Notes: a model not told the origin generated them from the letters alone. DNA of 64,000 nucleotides from an uncultured bacterium (GCA_964236675.1 CAXSFI010000001.1:18365-82364), one strand, 5' to 3'. Counted from the first letter of the stretch, positions 26,299 to 35,702 are shown. Made by a program: numbers and translations.

Positions 26299-27264
26299 TT
26301 GCTTGCTAAGCTGAATAATATGCAGAAACGCCTAGATGCTCATGTACTCAGCGAAGACCAACCAAATCCGGTGGTTGAGAGACTGTTACTAAAGCAACGT
26401 TTGCTGAATGAGGATGATCACGCGCATTATGCTATCAAAACCGCTTTAGTAGTTGCGGGTGGTGGCATGAGAGGTATCTATGCTAACGGCGTTACTGAAG
26501 CACTTGAAGCGCTAAAGTTAACTAACGTTTTTGATAACGTTGTGAGCATATCAGCTGGCGCCTGTACGGCAGCCTATTTTCTAGCTGGCCAAGCTGTGAT
26601 GGCTACTTTAGTGTATAGCGATGATCTGACTAATAAGCAGTTTATAGATTTACGCCGGTTTAACAAGATTTTAGATATCACCTTTATGGAAAATATCTTT
26701 AGGCGCAGTAAGGTGCTCGATCAATCATCTGTTAGGCGCAATAGGGCACATTTGCATATAGATGTAACAGATGTAGAAACCGGCGAGGGCGAATATTGAG
26801 CTGTCGATGATAATCCAGGACTAGATATTATTACTGCTGTCATCGCATCGTCATCCATTCCCGGTGCAACTGGCAATGTCGTCAATATAAACGGCAAATA
26901 CTACAGTGATGGCGTAACAGGCTGTACCTCACCAATTGATTATGCTGTCAATCATTTAGAAGCCACAGATGTCTTAGTTATTATCAATCGGCCACTTAAA
27001 GATCGGTCAAATCTGTCATTAGTTGAGAACATGGCTGAAAAAATATTGCTAAGAAGCTTTTCAAAACCATTTAGACAAGCCCATCGCACCCAATATAAAA
27101 CTCATCAGCTCACCGGAGATAGTCTGAATAACGCAGTGCACTTAGGCGTCATAGCGCCACCTAATCTAAATGTTAGCCGTCTCTCTAAAGATGGTACGGC
27201 CCTTAGAAAACTAGCTAACCAGGGTAAGGCCCAAACACTAGCTATTTTTAAGACTACTGCCTAG
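26299..27264 (+). pseudogene. Patatin-like phospholipase interrupted by a single in-frame TGA (26797-26799)
   Basis: ORFs 26299-26799 and 27031-27264 are in the same frame, and the whole 322-codon frame has only one stop. N-part has GGGMRG and the nucleophile motif SISAG. C-part has ASSSIPG and the catalytic Asp motif YYSDGV. Confidence 0.7.
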
Positions 27265-27968
27265 ATGAAGCCGGCGTAGTTGGGGAAGAAGTCGCCAACT
27301 AATTGGTTTTTATTGAGACCAGCTTTTACCAAGTCTGCGTGAAGTGACTCAACCATTTCTTCAGGACCGGACACATAGACTAGCGTGTCATCGGATGGTT
27401 TTTCGAGGCCGAGGATCAGCTCTGCTGTCAGTTGGCCGCGCTCGCCGCCCCAGGCGGCCGTTGGTTGGTTGACCACTAGCGTGACGTGCTGCTTGGCTGC
27501 GTCATAGGTCTTTTGGAAAATAATCTCGCTCTCTTTTTGGACGCCGACGAGCATCTTGATGGGCCGAGTTTCTTTGGTGTCAGCTAGGAAGCGCAGCATG
27601 CTGTGAAAGGGCGTAACGCCGATGCCACCGGCTACGAATATCAGCGGCGTCTGGATCAGTTTGGGCAATACAAAATCGCCCAATGGGTCACTGATGGTTA
27701 GCTCAGCCCCGGGCTGGAGCTGGCGCAGGGCGGCCTTGAAAGTGCTACCATTTTCGGTGGCAAACTTAGTGGTAATACTTAGCAATTCCTGGGTCGGTGA
27801 AGAGGACAATGTGAACCAGCGCTTTATGCCGCGCTTATCAGCGTGGTCATGCCTGAGCGTCAGCTCGATGAACTGGCCGGCCGTGTACCGGACCGGTTGC
27901 TCCGGTTTAAAGTAAATGCTGGTTATGTTGCCAGCCTCAGCCACGCTGTGGTCGAAAGTCACTTGCAT
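27261..27968 (-). CDS. FNR-like FAD/NAD(P)-binding oxidoreductase
   Basis: 235 aa. RWFTLSSSP (RxYS-type FAD motif) and FVAGGIGVTPF NAD(P) motif. Confidence 0.7.
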   Translation of the reverse strand: MQVTFDHSVAEAGNITSIYFKPEQPVRYTAGQFIELTLRHDHADKRGIKRWFTLSSSPTQELLSITTKFATENGSTFKAALRQLQPGAELTISDPLGDFVLPKLIQTPLIFVAGGIGVTPFHSMLRFLADTKETRPIKMLVGVQKESEIIFQKTYDAAKQHVTLVVNQPTAAWGGERGQLTAELILGLEKPSDDTLVYVSGPEEMVESLHADLVKAGLNKNQLVGDFFPNYAGFI

Positions 27969-27982
27969 GGTACTAGTATAAC

Positions 27983-28651
27983 TTACTTCTCGAAGAGGTC
28001 GGGATAGTCTGTGACCACACCGTACAAGCCATAACTGGCCCAGCGCTTGGCTTTGACGGGGTCGTTCAGAGTGTAAGCGCTAAGCTGCCAGCCGCGTTTA
28101 GCCATTGGCTGGATGAAGGGGCGCCATAGCCAGCGTTGCTGCATGGAGATGCGCTTAGTGCCGAGCTGGCGGGCGTGGTAGGTGGCTCGGGTGCCAGACC
28201 AGCGCTCGATGACCACACACTGAATCTCAGGTAATGCAGTGTGTAATTCACGTAGTGTCTTGTGGCTAAACGATGCCAGACGTAGGTCAGCTGGGGTGAA
28301 GCCGCTGCGCAGGGCATACTTCAGCTGCTCTATGACGGGAGCTGTTTGCGCATCTGGTTTAACTTCTATATAAAGTGGGATTTTGGAACCTACTTGATCA
28401 ATTACTTCCCGCAGCGTAGCTAGATCGGCTTTGTGGGCCAACAGCTGGTCGTAAGTGTGCTCCTGGATATTGAGTTTGCTACCGGCAGCGTCGGTTAGGT
28501 AGGGGTCATGGCTGAGGATGCAAATATCGTCGCTGGTGACGCGGACATCGAACTCGATCTCGTCGACATGGTGCTGAGCGGCCTTTTGTAGGGAGGCGAG
28601 AGTGTTTTCAGGGGCTAAGCCCTTAGCGCCGCGGTGTCCAATGATAATCAT
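27983..28651 (-). CDS. Glycerophosphodiester phosphodiesterase
   Basis: MIIIGHRGAKGLAPENTLASL and EFDVRVTSD motifs of the GDPD family. Confidence 0.88.
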   Translation of the reverse strand: MIIIGHRGAKGLAPENTLASLQKAAQHHVDEIEFDVRVTSDDICILSHDPYLTDAAGSKLNIQEHTYDQLLAHKADLATLREVIDQVGSKIPLYIEVKPDAQTAPVIEQLKYALRSGFTPADLRLASFSHKTLRELHTALPEIQCVVIERWSGTRATYHARQLGTKRISMQQRWLWRPFIQPMAKRGWQLSAYTLNDPVKAKRWASYGLYGVVTDYPDLFEK

Positions 28652-28691
28652 CTAAGTAGTGTACAATAAAATTAACTGATAAGGAGTGCTT

Positions 28692-29225
28692 ATGCCTGAT
28701 TTTAACCAAGTACTAACCCCGGGCGATTACCAAAACGGTGTCGTCAATACCGTCGTCGAAATTCCTGAAGGCTCAATACTGAAGATCGAGTGGGACCGCG
28801 AACACGCGGCCATGAAGCTGGACCGGGTTGAGCCGGCTATCTTTGCCAAGCCCGTCAATTACGGCTTTATACCACAGACACTTGATGAGGATGGTGACGA
28901 ACTCGACACGCTAATTGTCTGTGATCAGCCATTACCTACTGGCATTTGGCTGGAAACGAAGATTCTTGGCGTCATGAAGTTCGAAGACGATGGCGAAGTC
29001 GACGACAAAGTCATTGTTGCTCCGGCCGATGACCGTAACACCGGCGATGCCTTTAATACCATTGCGGATCTCGGCGAACGCTGGAAGCAAAAGATTGAGC
29101 ACCATTTCATGCACTACAAAGACCTCAAAAAGCCTGGCAGCACCAAAGTTCTCGGCTTCTATGGCCCTGATGAAGCCAAAGCTATCATTGCCGAGTGCAT
29201 CGAGCGCTATAAGAGCAATGGCTGA
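28692..29225 (+). CDS. ppa: Inorganic pyrophosphatase (family I)
   Basis: VVEIPEGS..K.E.D, YGFIPQTLDEDGDELD, DDKVIVAP motifs. AAGGAG SD upstream. GTG 28686 is an alternative start. Confidence 0.93.
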   Translation: MPDFNQVLTPGDYQNGVVNTVVEIPEGSILKIEWDREHAAMKLDRVEPAIFAKPVNYGFIPQTLDEDGDELDTLIVCDQPLPTGIWLETKILGVMKFEDDGEVDDKVIVAPADDRNTGDAFNTIADLGERWKQKIEHHFMHYKDLKKPGSTKVLGFYGPDEAKAIIAECIERYKSNG

Positions 29226-29649
29226 AACCCGGGCTGTCGCCAAGGCAATACTGGTCGCTGGCGATAAAATACTTGTACTCAAACGCAGCGCTGACGACAC
29301 TCGCCGTCCCCTGCAGTGGGATTTACCTGGCGGTGCTATTGACCCAGGCGAAGATGTTAAGCAAGCCTGTGCTCGCGAGGTCCAAGAAGAAGCCGGTATC
29401 ATGCTGGCGCCTAATGATTTCAAAACCATCTATGCTATGACCGAACCACTCAGTGAAACCCTGAGTGCGACCTTCATCTTTTTTCGGGCTAATTGTGAGC
29501 AAACTGATGTATTGCTCAGCTCAGAACATATACAATCGCGCTGGGTCACGCTCGAACAAGCCCCGGAATTATTCACCTATAAGCGCCATCTAAAAGTATT
29601 ATCGTATATCAAACAGCATGGCTTATTGACTGCCGAAGCCAGCGATTAA
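29218..29649 (+). CDS. NUDIX hydrolase
   Basis: 143 aa from ATG 29218 (8 nt overlap with ppa). Nudix box GGAIDPGEDVKQACAREVQEEAGI. Confidence 0.85.
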   Translation: MAETRAVAKAILVAGDKILVLKRSADDTRRPLQWDLPGGAIDPGEDVKQACAREVQEEAGIMLAPNDFKTIYAMTEPLSETLSATFIFFRANCEQTDVLLSSEHIQSRWVTLEQAPELFTYKRHLKVLSYIKQHGLLTAEASD

Positions 29650-29692
29650 ATTACACAAACATGTTGATGTCATGCAGCAAACTGAGTAGATA

Positions 29693-29710
29693 TGTACCAA
29701 TTTGTGTACA
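29693..29710. promoter_or_regulatory. TGTAC-N8-GTACA palindrome upstream of gap (candidate operator)
   Basis: TGTAC 29693-29697, GTACA 29706-29710, directly after a possible TTGATG-17-TAGATA promoter (29664-29692). Same motif and spacing as 34265-34282. Confidence 0.4.
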
Positions 29711-29840
29711 GAGGCTTAACCTGTGGTTCACACTTGCGATTATCAGGGGCGGAAATAACATCGACCACTGTTTGCATAAGTGGTTTACTATGGGGTACAA
29801 TACGCTTATAAAGCATAAAAACTAAGCAGGGAACGTACAT

Positions 29841-30881
29841 ATGAAGACACGAGTGGGTATCAATGGATTCGGACGGATTGGACGTAACGCCTTCAAGGTA
29901 GCGTTTGAGCGTAGTGACCTGGAAGTTGTGGCTATTAATGATTTAACAGATACCAAGACACTGGCACATCTGCTGAAGCACGATAGCAATTACGGCACTT
30001 ATCAGTACAAAGTCAGCCATGACGACACCGGTATCATTGTTGATGGCAAGCACATCAAAGTGCTGGCGGAGATGGATCCGGCCAATTTGCCGTGGGCCGA
30101 ACTCAAAGCTGACGTTGTCATCGAATCGACCGGCTTCTTTGTTGACCCGGCCAAGGCCCGGGCACACATCGATGCCGGTGCCAAAAAGGTGGTGCTGAGC
30201 GCTCCAGCCAAGGGCGAAGGTGCTACCACCATCGTGCTCGGCGTCAATGAAGACAAGCTAGACCAGGCCGAAGACATCATTAGTAATGCTTCTTGTACCA
30301 CCAACTGTATTACACCTGTCGCCGCCGTCATCGAGGCCAACTTCGGCATCGATAAAGCTATGATGACCACTGTCCACAGTTATACTGCCAGCCAGAAACT
30401 GCAGGATGCTCCTTCCAAAGATCTGCGTGAGGCCCGCAATGCTGCCGAGAACATTGTACCTACTACCACCGGCGCTTCCATCGCTGCCGGCCAGGCACTG
30501 CCAGCTCTGCAGGGTATATTTGGTGGCTTGTCCATTCGTGTCCCGACGCCAGTTGTCTCACTGAGCGATTTCGTGATTATTACTAAGCGCGCCGTGAGCG
30601 TCGAAGAGGTCAATGAAGCTTTCAAGAAGGCCGCCAAAGAGCCGTATTACCAGGGCATCCTCGACGTCTCGGACGAGCCATTGGTCAGCAGTGACTACAT
30701 CGGCAACAGCCATAGCTGTACGGTCGACTTACAATTGACTGCCGTCGTCGGTGGCACCATGCTCAAGGTTGTCGCCTGGTACGACAATGAGTGGGGTTAC
30801 AGTAACCGTCTGGTAGAAGTCGTAGCCGACACTGGCCGACTGCTCCATTCCAAAGGTCACGCCCACAAACACGACGCCTAA
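29841..30881 (+). CDS. gap: Type I glyceraldehyde-3-phosphate dehydrogenase
   Basis: INGFGRIGRN, catalytic SNASCTTNC, WYDNEWGYS. Confidence 0.96.
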   Translation: MKTRVGINGFGRIGRNAFKVAFERSDLEVVAINDLTDTKTLAHLLKHDSNYGTYQYKVSHDDTGIIVDGKHIKVLAEMDPANLPWAELKADVVIESTGFFVDPAKARAHIDAGAKKVVLSAPAKGEGATTIVLGVNEDKLDQAEDIISNASCTTNCITPVAAVIEANFGIDKAMMTTVHSYTASQKLQDAPSKDLREARNAAENIVPTTTGASIAAGQALPALQGIFGGLSIRVPTPVVSLSDFVIITKRAVSVEEVNEAFKKAAKEPYYQGILDVSDEPLVSSDYIGNSHSCTVDLQLTAVVGGTMLKVVAWYDNEWGYSNRLVEVVADTGRLLHSKGHAHKHDA

Positions 30882-30902
30882 TACGTCTGCTACACTAATC
30901 TC

Positions 30903-31397
30903 ATGAAGATCGCACTCACTACTGACCATGCCGGCTACGAGGCCTTGAAGCAACTCCAAGTCTTTCTGGAGTCGGCTGGTCACGAATGTGTTAACTATGG
31001 TCCGATTGTCTATGACGAGCAGGACGATTACCCGGCCTACATGTTTGCAGCGGCCCACGCTGTGGCTCGTGGTGATTGCGAACGGGCGATTATCCTGGGT
31101 GGCAGTGGCACTGGCGAAGCCATCGCTGCCAACCGCATTAAAGACGTCCGGGCAGCGCTATTTTATGGCCCGGCAATTGCTAAAGCCCCTATCGATGCAG
31201 AAGGTAACATGAGCGATGACCCTTATGAAATCATCAAATTATCGCGGCAGCACAACGATACCAATGTGCTGAGTCTGTCAGCCCGCTTCTTATCTGAAGA
31301 TGAAATGAAGACCGCCATCAGTACCTGGCTTGAGACGCCATTTACCGGTCTGGAGCGGCATGCCCGCCGTATTGCTCAACTCGACGAGCCGGTGTAA
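30903..31397 (+). CDS. rpiB: Ribose-5-phosphate isomerase B (RpiB/LacA/LacB family)
   Basis: MKIALTTDHAGYEALK..., ILGGSGTGEAIAANR motifs. Confidence 0.9.
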   Translation: MKIALTTDHAGYEALKQLQVFLESAGHECVNYGPIVYDEQDDYPAYMFAAAHAVARGDCERAIILGGSGTGEAIAANRIKDVRAALFYGPAIAKAPIDAEGNMSDDPYEIIKLSRQHNDTNVLSLSARFLSEDEMKTAISTWLETPFTGLERHARRIAQLDEPV

Positions 31398-32026
31398 TGG
31401 CCATAGTCTGTCCAACCGTTACGGCCTACGATGAATATGAGTACAATCAGCAGTTAAAGACCCTCAAAGGCTTTGCCACCAATGTGCACATCGATCTAAT
31501 GGATGGCGTGTTTGCACCAACGCAGTCGCCAGGCTTTGACCACATATGGTGGCCACATGAGTTAAGCGTCGATGTACACCTGATGTATCAGCACCCCATG
31601 GAATATATTGAGCAGCTCATCAAGCTCAAGCCGCGGCTGGTCATTATTCATAACGAGGCTACCGTCCACCACATGGATTTTGCTGCCCGGTTGCACGCCG
31701 CCGGCATTGAAGCCGGTCTGGCGCTGCTGCATGATACGCCAGTGCAGTGGGCTTACCAGATCATGCACTCTTTTGACCACCTTTTGATTTTTAGTGGTAA
31801 CTTGGGTTTCCAGGGCGGCAGCACAGCCGACCTTGGCTGTCTCGACAAGGTCAAAAAAGCCAAGGAACATCACCCTGAAGTTGAGATTGGTTGGGACGGC
31901 GGCGTTAATGCCATCAATGCCAAATTGTTAATTGATGGCGGCGTCGACGTCCTCAATGTTGGCGGCTTTATCAAGAATGCCGATGATCCGCTAGCCGCTT
32001 ACTCAGAATTACAGCGTCTGGTATAA
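31397..32026 (+). CDS. rpe: Ribulose-phosphate 3-epimerase-like TIM-barrel protein
   Basis: 209 aa. HIDLMDGVFAP resembles the Rpe HxDxMDGxFVP motif. Sits between rpiB and tkt. Divergent sequence. Confidence 0.7.
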   Translation: MAIVCPTVTAYDEYEYNQQLKTLKGFATNVHIDLMDGVFAPTQSPGFDHIWWPHELSVDVHLMYQHPMEYIEQLIKLKPRLVIIHNEATVHHMDFAARLHAAGIEAGLALLHDTPVQWAYQIMHSFDHLLIFSGNLGFQGGSTADLGCLDKVKKAKEHHPEVEIGWDGGVNAINAKLLIDGGVDVLNVGGFIKNADDPLAAYSELQRLV

Positions 32027-32037
32027 TCACAAGCAGA

Positions 32038-32895
32038 ATGGCACAAAAACTAACTATCGAAAAGCTTGAGACGATAGCCAATACCATCCGTGAGGATATT
32101 ATTCGTATGTTGGAGCATGCCGGCAGTGGCCACAGTGCTGGCCCGCTTGGTCTAGCAGACATCTTTACGGCGCTCTACTTTGACGTCATGAAGCACGACC
32201 CCAAAAATGTCGACTGGGAGGAGCGTGACATCTTGCTGCTCAGCAACGGCCACTGTGTGCCGGTGCGCTACGCAGCTATGGCTGAAGCCGGCTATTTCCC
32301 TAAAAAAGAACTGATGACACTGCGCCAGTTCGGCTCGCGGCTGCAGGGGCATCCGGAACGCCTCAAGCTCCCCGGTCTGGAAAGCACCAGCGGTCCCCTT
32401 GGCTCCGGCCTCAGTCAGGCCTGCGGCATGGCGCTGGGTCTGCGCATGAACAACCAGAACCACCGCTGGGTCTATGTAGTGATGGGTGACGGCGAGCAGG
32501 ACGAAGGCAATGTCTGGGAAGCCGCCATGCTGGCGGGCAAGTACAAACTCAACAATATCATCGCCATTACCGACCGTAACAACATTCAGATCGACGGCCC
32601 CACCGAGTCAGTCATGCCGCTCGAGAATTTCAAGGATAAATGGGAAGCTTTTGGCTGGCACGTCCTGGAGATAGACGGCAACGACGTCGAGGCAGTAATA
32701 GATGCCTGTGCCATGGCCAAAGCCATCGTCGACAAACCGATTATGATCGTAGCCTACACAGTGCCAGGTAAGGGCGTCGACTTCATGGAGTACGACTTCC
32801 ACTGGCACGGTGCTTTCCCGAATCACGAGCAAGCCGTTAAAGCCTTGCACGAGCTGCGGACGCTGGGCGGCAAGATCCGGAGCGAGCATGAGTAA
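32038..32895 (+). CDS. Transketolase, N-terminal (thiamine-diphosphate binding) subunit
   Basis: 285 aa. GSGHSAGPLGLADI, LLSNGH, GDGEQDEGNVWEA TPP motif. Confidence 0.92.
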   Translation: MAQKLTIEKLETIANTIREDIIRMLEHAGSGHSAGPLGLADIFTALYFDVMKHDPKNVDWEERDILLLSNGHCVPVRYAAMAEAGYFPKKELMTLRQFGSRLQGHPERLKLPGLESTSGPLGSGLSQACGMALGLRMNNQNHRWVYVVMGDGEQDEGNVWEAAMLAGKYKLNNIIAITDRNNIQIDGPTESVMPLENFKDKWEAFGWHVLEIDGNDVEAVIDACAMAKAIVDKPIMIVAYTVPGKGVDFMEYDFHWHGAFPNHEQAVKALHELRTLGGKIRSEHE

Positions 32896-33235
32896 GGCTA
32901 GCGCCAAGGCGTCCAAATCGGCCAAAACCAAGCGCAACGACAAGGGTCAGTTTCGGCATGACAGCTCAGTGGGCGTGCTGGCGGCCATGTGGGCCGCCGG
33001 AGTTATTAGCCTTGGTCTGGTCTGGTTGGCGGCGCGAGCTGTCATGTCTGACTTTGGTAGTTTCCGGTCCTGTAATGACAATACCGGCATTTTGACTGTC
33101 TCGAGCTGCGGCAAACATTCGCTCAACCTGGGTGATTTTATCATGCTCGGGTTACTGGCTTTGACGGCTTGCTTATCGGTTAGCCTGCTGACCGCCGCCT
33201 GGCGAATGACACGAAAAGGGAAGGTGATAGCATGA
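32888..33235 (+). CDS. Small two-TM membrane protein inserted between the transketolase halves
   Basis: 115 aa from ATG 32888 (MSKASAKASKSAKTKRND...), basic N-terminus and two hydrophobic helices. Overlaps tkt-N by 8 nt and tkt-C by ATGA. Confidence 0.5.
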   Translation: MSKASAKASKSAKTKRNDKGQFRHDSSVGVLAAMWAAGVISLGLVWLAARAVMSDFGSFRSCNDNTGILTVSSCGKHSLNLGDFIMLGLLALTACLSVSLLTAAWRMTRKGKVIA

Positions 33236-34206
33236 CTGATTTGCATCTGGCAGAGATAACCGGCGACCTAGTTATGGAGCCCAACCGCAAAGGCTTTGGC
33301 AAGGGCCTATTGGAGGCCGGCAAGCGCGACGTCAATGTGGTGGCGGCCTGCGCTGACCTCACCGAGTCCACTCAAATCAGTATGTTTCGTGATGAATTCC
33401 CCGATCGTTTCGTAGAGATTGGCGTGGCCGAGCAAAATCTAGTAACCGTTGGCGCTGGACTGGCAGCTATGGGCAAAATTCCCTTCGTGGCTAGTTATGC
33501 AGCCTTCAGTCCGGGCCGCAACTGGGAGCAAATCCGCACTACGATCTGTCTCAATGATCGCCCAGTTAAAATTATCGGCGCTCACACCGGTCTTTATACC
33601 GGCAAAGACGGTGCTACCCACCAAATGCTCGAAGACATTGCCCTCATGCGTGTGCTGCCAAACATGGTGGTTATGGCCCCCTGCGATTCCATCGAAGCCG
33701 AAAAGATGACGCTAGCCATGGCCCTAGACTCCCGGCCAAACTACATGCGGCTAGCCCGCGAAGCACTGCCGACACTCACTACCATAAAGACGCCGTTTGA
33801 GATTGGCAAAGCCTACGTCTACGAAACGGGATCGGATGTGACAATTATCAGCACCGGTACCATGACTTATCAGGCGCTGCTGGCGGCCGAAAAACTCTAC
33901 AAAGATGGGATTGAAGCTGAGGTCGTGCATGTACCCACCATTAAACCGCTTGACGCTGAAACCATCCTTAAGAGCATTCGCAAAACCGGGGCGGTTGTCA
34001 CCATCGAAGAAGCCCAGATCAACGGTGGGCTTGGTGGGGCTGTTGCCGAATTGCTGGGCGAAGAATACCCGGTGCCACTGAAACGCCTCGGCATGCAGGA
34101 CCATTTCGGCGAGTCTGGCGACCCGCTTGAGCTCTTCGAGCACTTCGGTCTTGATGCGAAGCACATTGCTATGGCTGCTCATCTAGTCGTCGACCGCAAA
34201 AAGTGA
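33232..34206 (+). CDS. Transketolase, C-terminal (pyrimidine-binding plus C-terminal domain) subunit
   Basis: 324 aa. RFVEIGVAEQNLV, THQMLEDIALMRVLPNM. Confidence 0.92.
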   Translation: MTDLHLAEITGDLVMEPNRKGFGKGLLEAGKRDVNVVAACADLTESTQISMFRDEFPDRFVEIGVAEQNLVTVGAGLAAMGKIPFVASYAAFSPGRNWEQIRTTICLNDRPVKIIGAHTGLYTGKDGATHQMLEDIALMRVLPNMVVMAPCDSIEAEKMTLAMALDSRPNYMRLAREALPTLTTIKTPFEIGKAYVYETGSDVTIISTGTMTYQALLAAEKLYKDGIEAEVVHVPTIKPLDAETILKSIRKTGAVVTIEEAQINGGLGGAVAELLGEEYPVPLKRLGMQDHFGESGDPLELFEHFGLDAKHIAMAAHLVVDRKK

Positions 34207-34264
34207 TTGACTTTACAGTGCACTGCTCACGGTTGACTGGATCTGTGCTGATTGTATTTTGAGA

Positions 34265-34282
34265 TGTACAGTCTATTGTACA
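34265..34282. promoter_or_regulatory. TGTAC-N8-GTACA palindrome upstream of fba (candidate operator)
   Basis: ATGTACA(34264-34270)/TGTACAT(34277-34283) is a perfect 7 bp inverted repeat. It follows a possible TTGACT-16-TATTTT promoter (34233-34260). Confidence 0.4.
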
Positions 34283-34324
34283 TACCTAATTCCAAGCAAT
34301 CGAAATAGCGCTTCGATTTCTAAT

Positions 34325-34353
34325 TTGCAAGCGCTAGCATTTACCAGTAGAGT
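34325..34353 (+). promoter_or_regulatory. Promoter TTGCAA-17-TAGAGT, 6 nt from the fba ATG (leaderless)
   Basis: TTGCAA 34325-34330, TAGAGT 34348-34353, ATG 34360. Confidence 0.45.
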
Positions 34354-34359
34354 TATTGT

Positions 34360-35277
34360 ATGCCGCTAACACTTCGACAAATTCGCGATAATTGTGCGCT
34401 GGCCCGCGCGCGGATGGCTCAAGCTCGGGCCGAACATTGGGCTTTTGGAGCTTTCAACCTCGACGATGAGGCTACGCTCAAAGCCGTAGTACTGGCCGCT
34501 AAAGCCCAGAATGCGCCGGTGCTGGTAGAAGTTAGCCAAGGTGAGGTTGACGACATCGGTATTGATATCGTTCGCGATATGGTCGATGACTTCAAGTATG
34601 CTTACGGTGTTGAAATCTACATCAACCTGGACCACAGCCCCAGCGTCGAGTCAGCGATTGCTGGCATCGAAGCGGGCTTTGAATTCATCCACATCGATGT
34701 TTCACAGTCCAACCACGATGCTTCCGAAAACGAAATCATTGCCTCAACCCGGGAAGTTGTCGAATGGGCCCGGCTGACTGGTGCCAGTGTTGAGAGCGAG
34801 CCGCACTACTTTGGTGGCAGTTCCAATGTCCATACTGAGAAGATCGATTATAAGGAGATCAAAAAGACCTTTAGCACGCCAGAACACATGAAAGCCTTTG
34901 TCGACGCCACCGGCATTGATACGTTTGCGGCAGCTATTGGTAACCTGCACGGCAAATATCCGGTACCCAAGAAGCTCGATCTGGAACTACTGGCCCGGCT
35001 GCGAGAGGCTTCCGACTGTAATATCAGCCTGCATGGCGGTAGTGGTACGCCCGGACATTATTTCCGTGACGCCGTGGCGATTGGTGTTACCAAGATCAAT
35101 ATCAACAGTGATATGCGCTACGCTTACCGCACGACGCTGGAAAAAGTCCTGGCTGCCAACCCAGCCGAATTCTCAGTCTCCAAGTTGATAGCCAAAGAAG
35201 TATTGCCTGCCGTCCAAAAGGTAGTCGAGAGCAAACTGGTCGATTTCAACTCAGCTGGCAAAGCCCTCGTCAGATAA
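34360..35277 (+). CDS. fba: Class II fructose-bisphosphate aldolase
   Basis: 305 aa. AFGAFNL, NLDHS, IHIDVS, SLHGGSG motifs of class II FBA/tagatose-bisphosphate aldolases. Confidence 0.92.
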   Translation: MPLTLRQIRDNCALARARMAQARAEHWAFGAFNLDDEATLKAVVLAAKAQNAPVLVEVSQGEVDDIGIDIVRDMVDDFKYAYGVEIYINLDHSPSVESAIAGIEAGFEFIHIDVSQSNHDASENEIIASTREVVEWARLTGASVESEPHYFGGSSNVHTEKIDYKEIKKTFSTPEHMKAFVDATGIDTFAAAIGNLHGKYPVPKKLDLELLARLREASDCNISLHGGSGTPGHYFRDAVAIGVTKININSDMRYAYRTTLEKVLAANPAEFSVSKLIAKEVLPAVQKVVESKLVDFNSAGKALVR

Positions 35278-35354
35278 TGAGTCGTAAATTCTAGCTTCTT
35301 AAATTTAGCTTAAACTATTTGCAATCGGCATCGCGCATTACTTATACTGAACCC

Positions 35355-35702
35355 ATGGCAATGACACTGACTTCAGACGATCTTCTGGCAATTAGCAATG
35401 TGTTCGATAATCGCATGGCTCATGCTATCAATACGCTGGTACCACCCATGGTCGAACGGGCCATAAACACATTGGTACCATCCATGATCGAACAGGCGAT
35501 AAACACATTAGTTCCACCTATGATCGAGCGAGCTATAAACAGCTTGGTTCCTCCAATGATTACATTAGCTGTTGAGGTGGCTATCGAAGATCTTAAGCTG
35601 ATGATCGCTGCCGGTTTTGCCGACATGGATGAGCGCTTCCGGGACGTCTATGCTCGTCTTGATGCTATTGAGCAGAACCGACTGGAAGGCTGGTCCTGGT
35701 AA
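35355..35702 (+). CDS. Hypothetical protein with four tandem 12-aa repeats (AINTLVPPM[IV]E[RQ])
   Basis: 115 aa from ATG 35355. TATACT at 35343-35348 is 6 nt upstream. Confidence 0.5.
   Translation: MAMTLTSDDLLAISNVFDNRMAHAINTLVPPMVERAINTLVPSMIEQAINTLVPPMIERAINSLVPPMITLAVEVAIEDLKLMIAAGFADMDERFRDVYARLDAIEQNRLEGWSW
35424..35567 (+). repeat. 4 x 36 bp in-frame tandem repeat
   Basis: Encodes AINTLVPPMVER / AINTLVPSMIEQ / AINTLVPPMIER / AINSLVPPMITL. The copies differ mostly at synonymous or conservative positions. Confidence 0.9.

Noticed and set aside
26797-26799. In-frame TGA as evidence for an alternative genetic code (UGA=Gly or Trp)
   Set aside because: TGA closes many conserved genes at their expected lengths in this window (pheS, the PNPOx-like gene, gatA, tkt-C, ppa, the ABC exporter). 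No other conserved gene shows an internal TGA, so the standard code 11 fits.
26299-27264. Patatin-like gene as the effector of a CBASS-type defence operon
   Set aside because: There is no cyclase/nucleotidyltransferase, E1/E2/JAB or other CBASS partner on either side. The neighbours are trxB and an FNR-like oxidoreductase.
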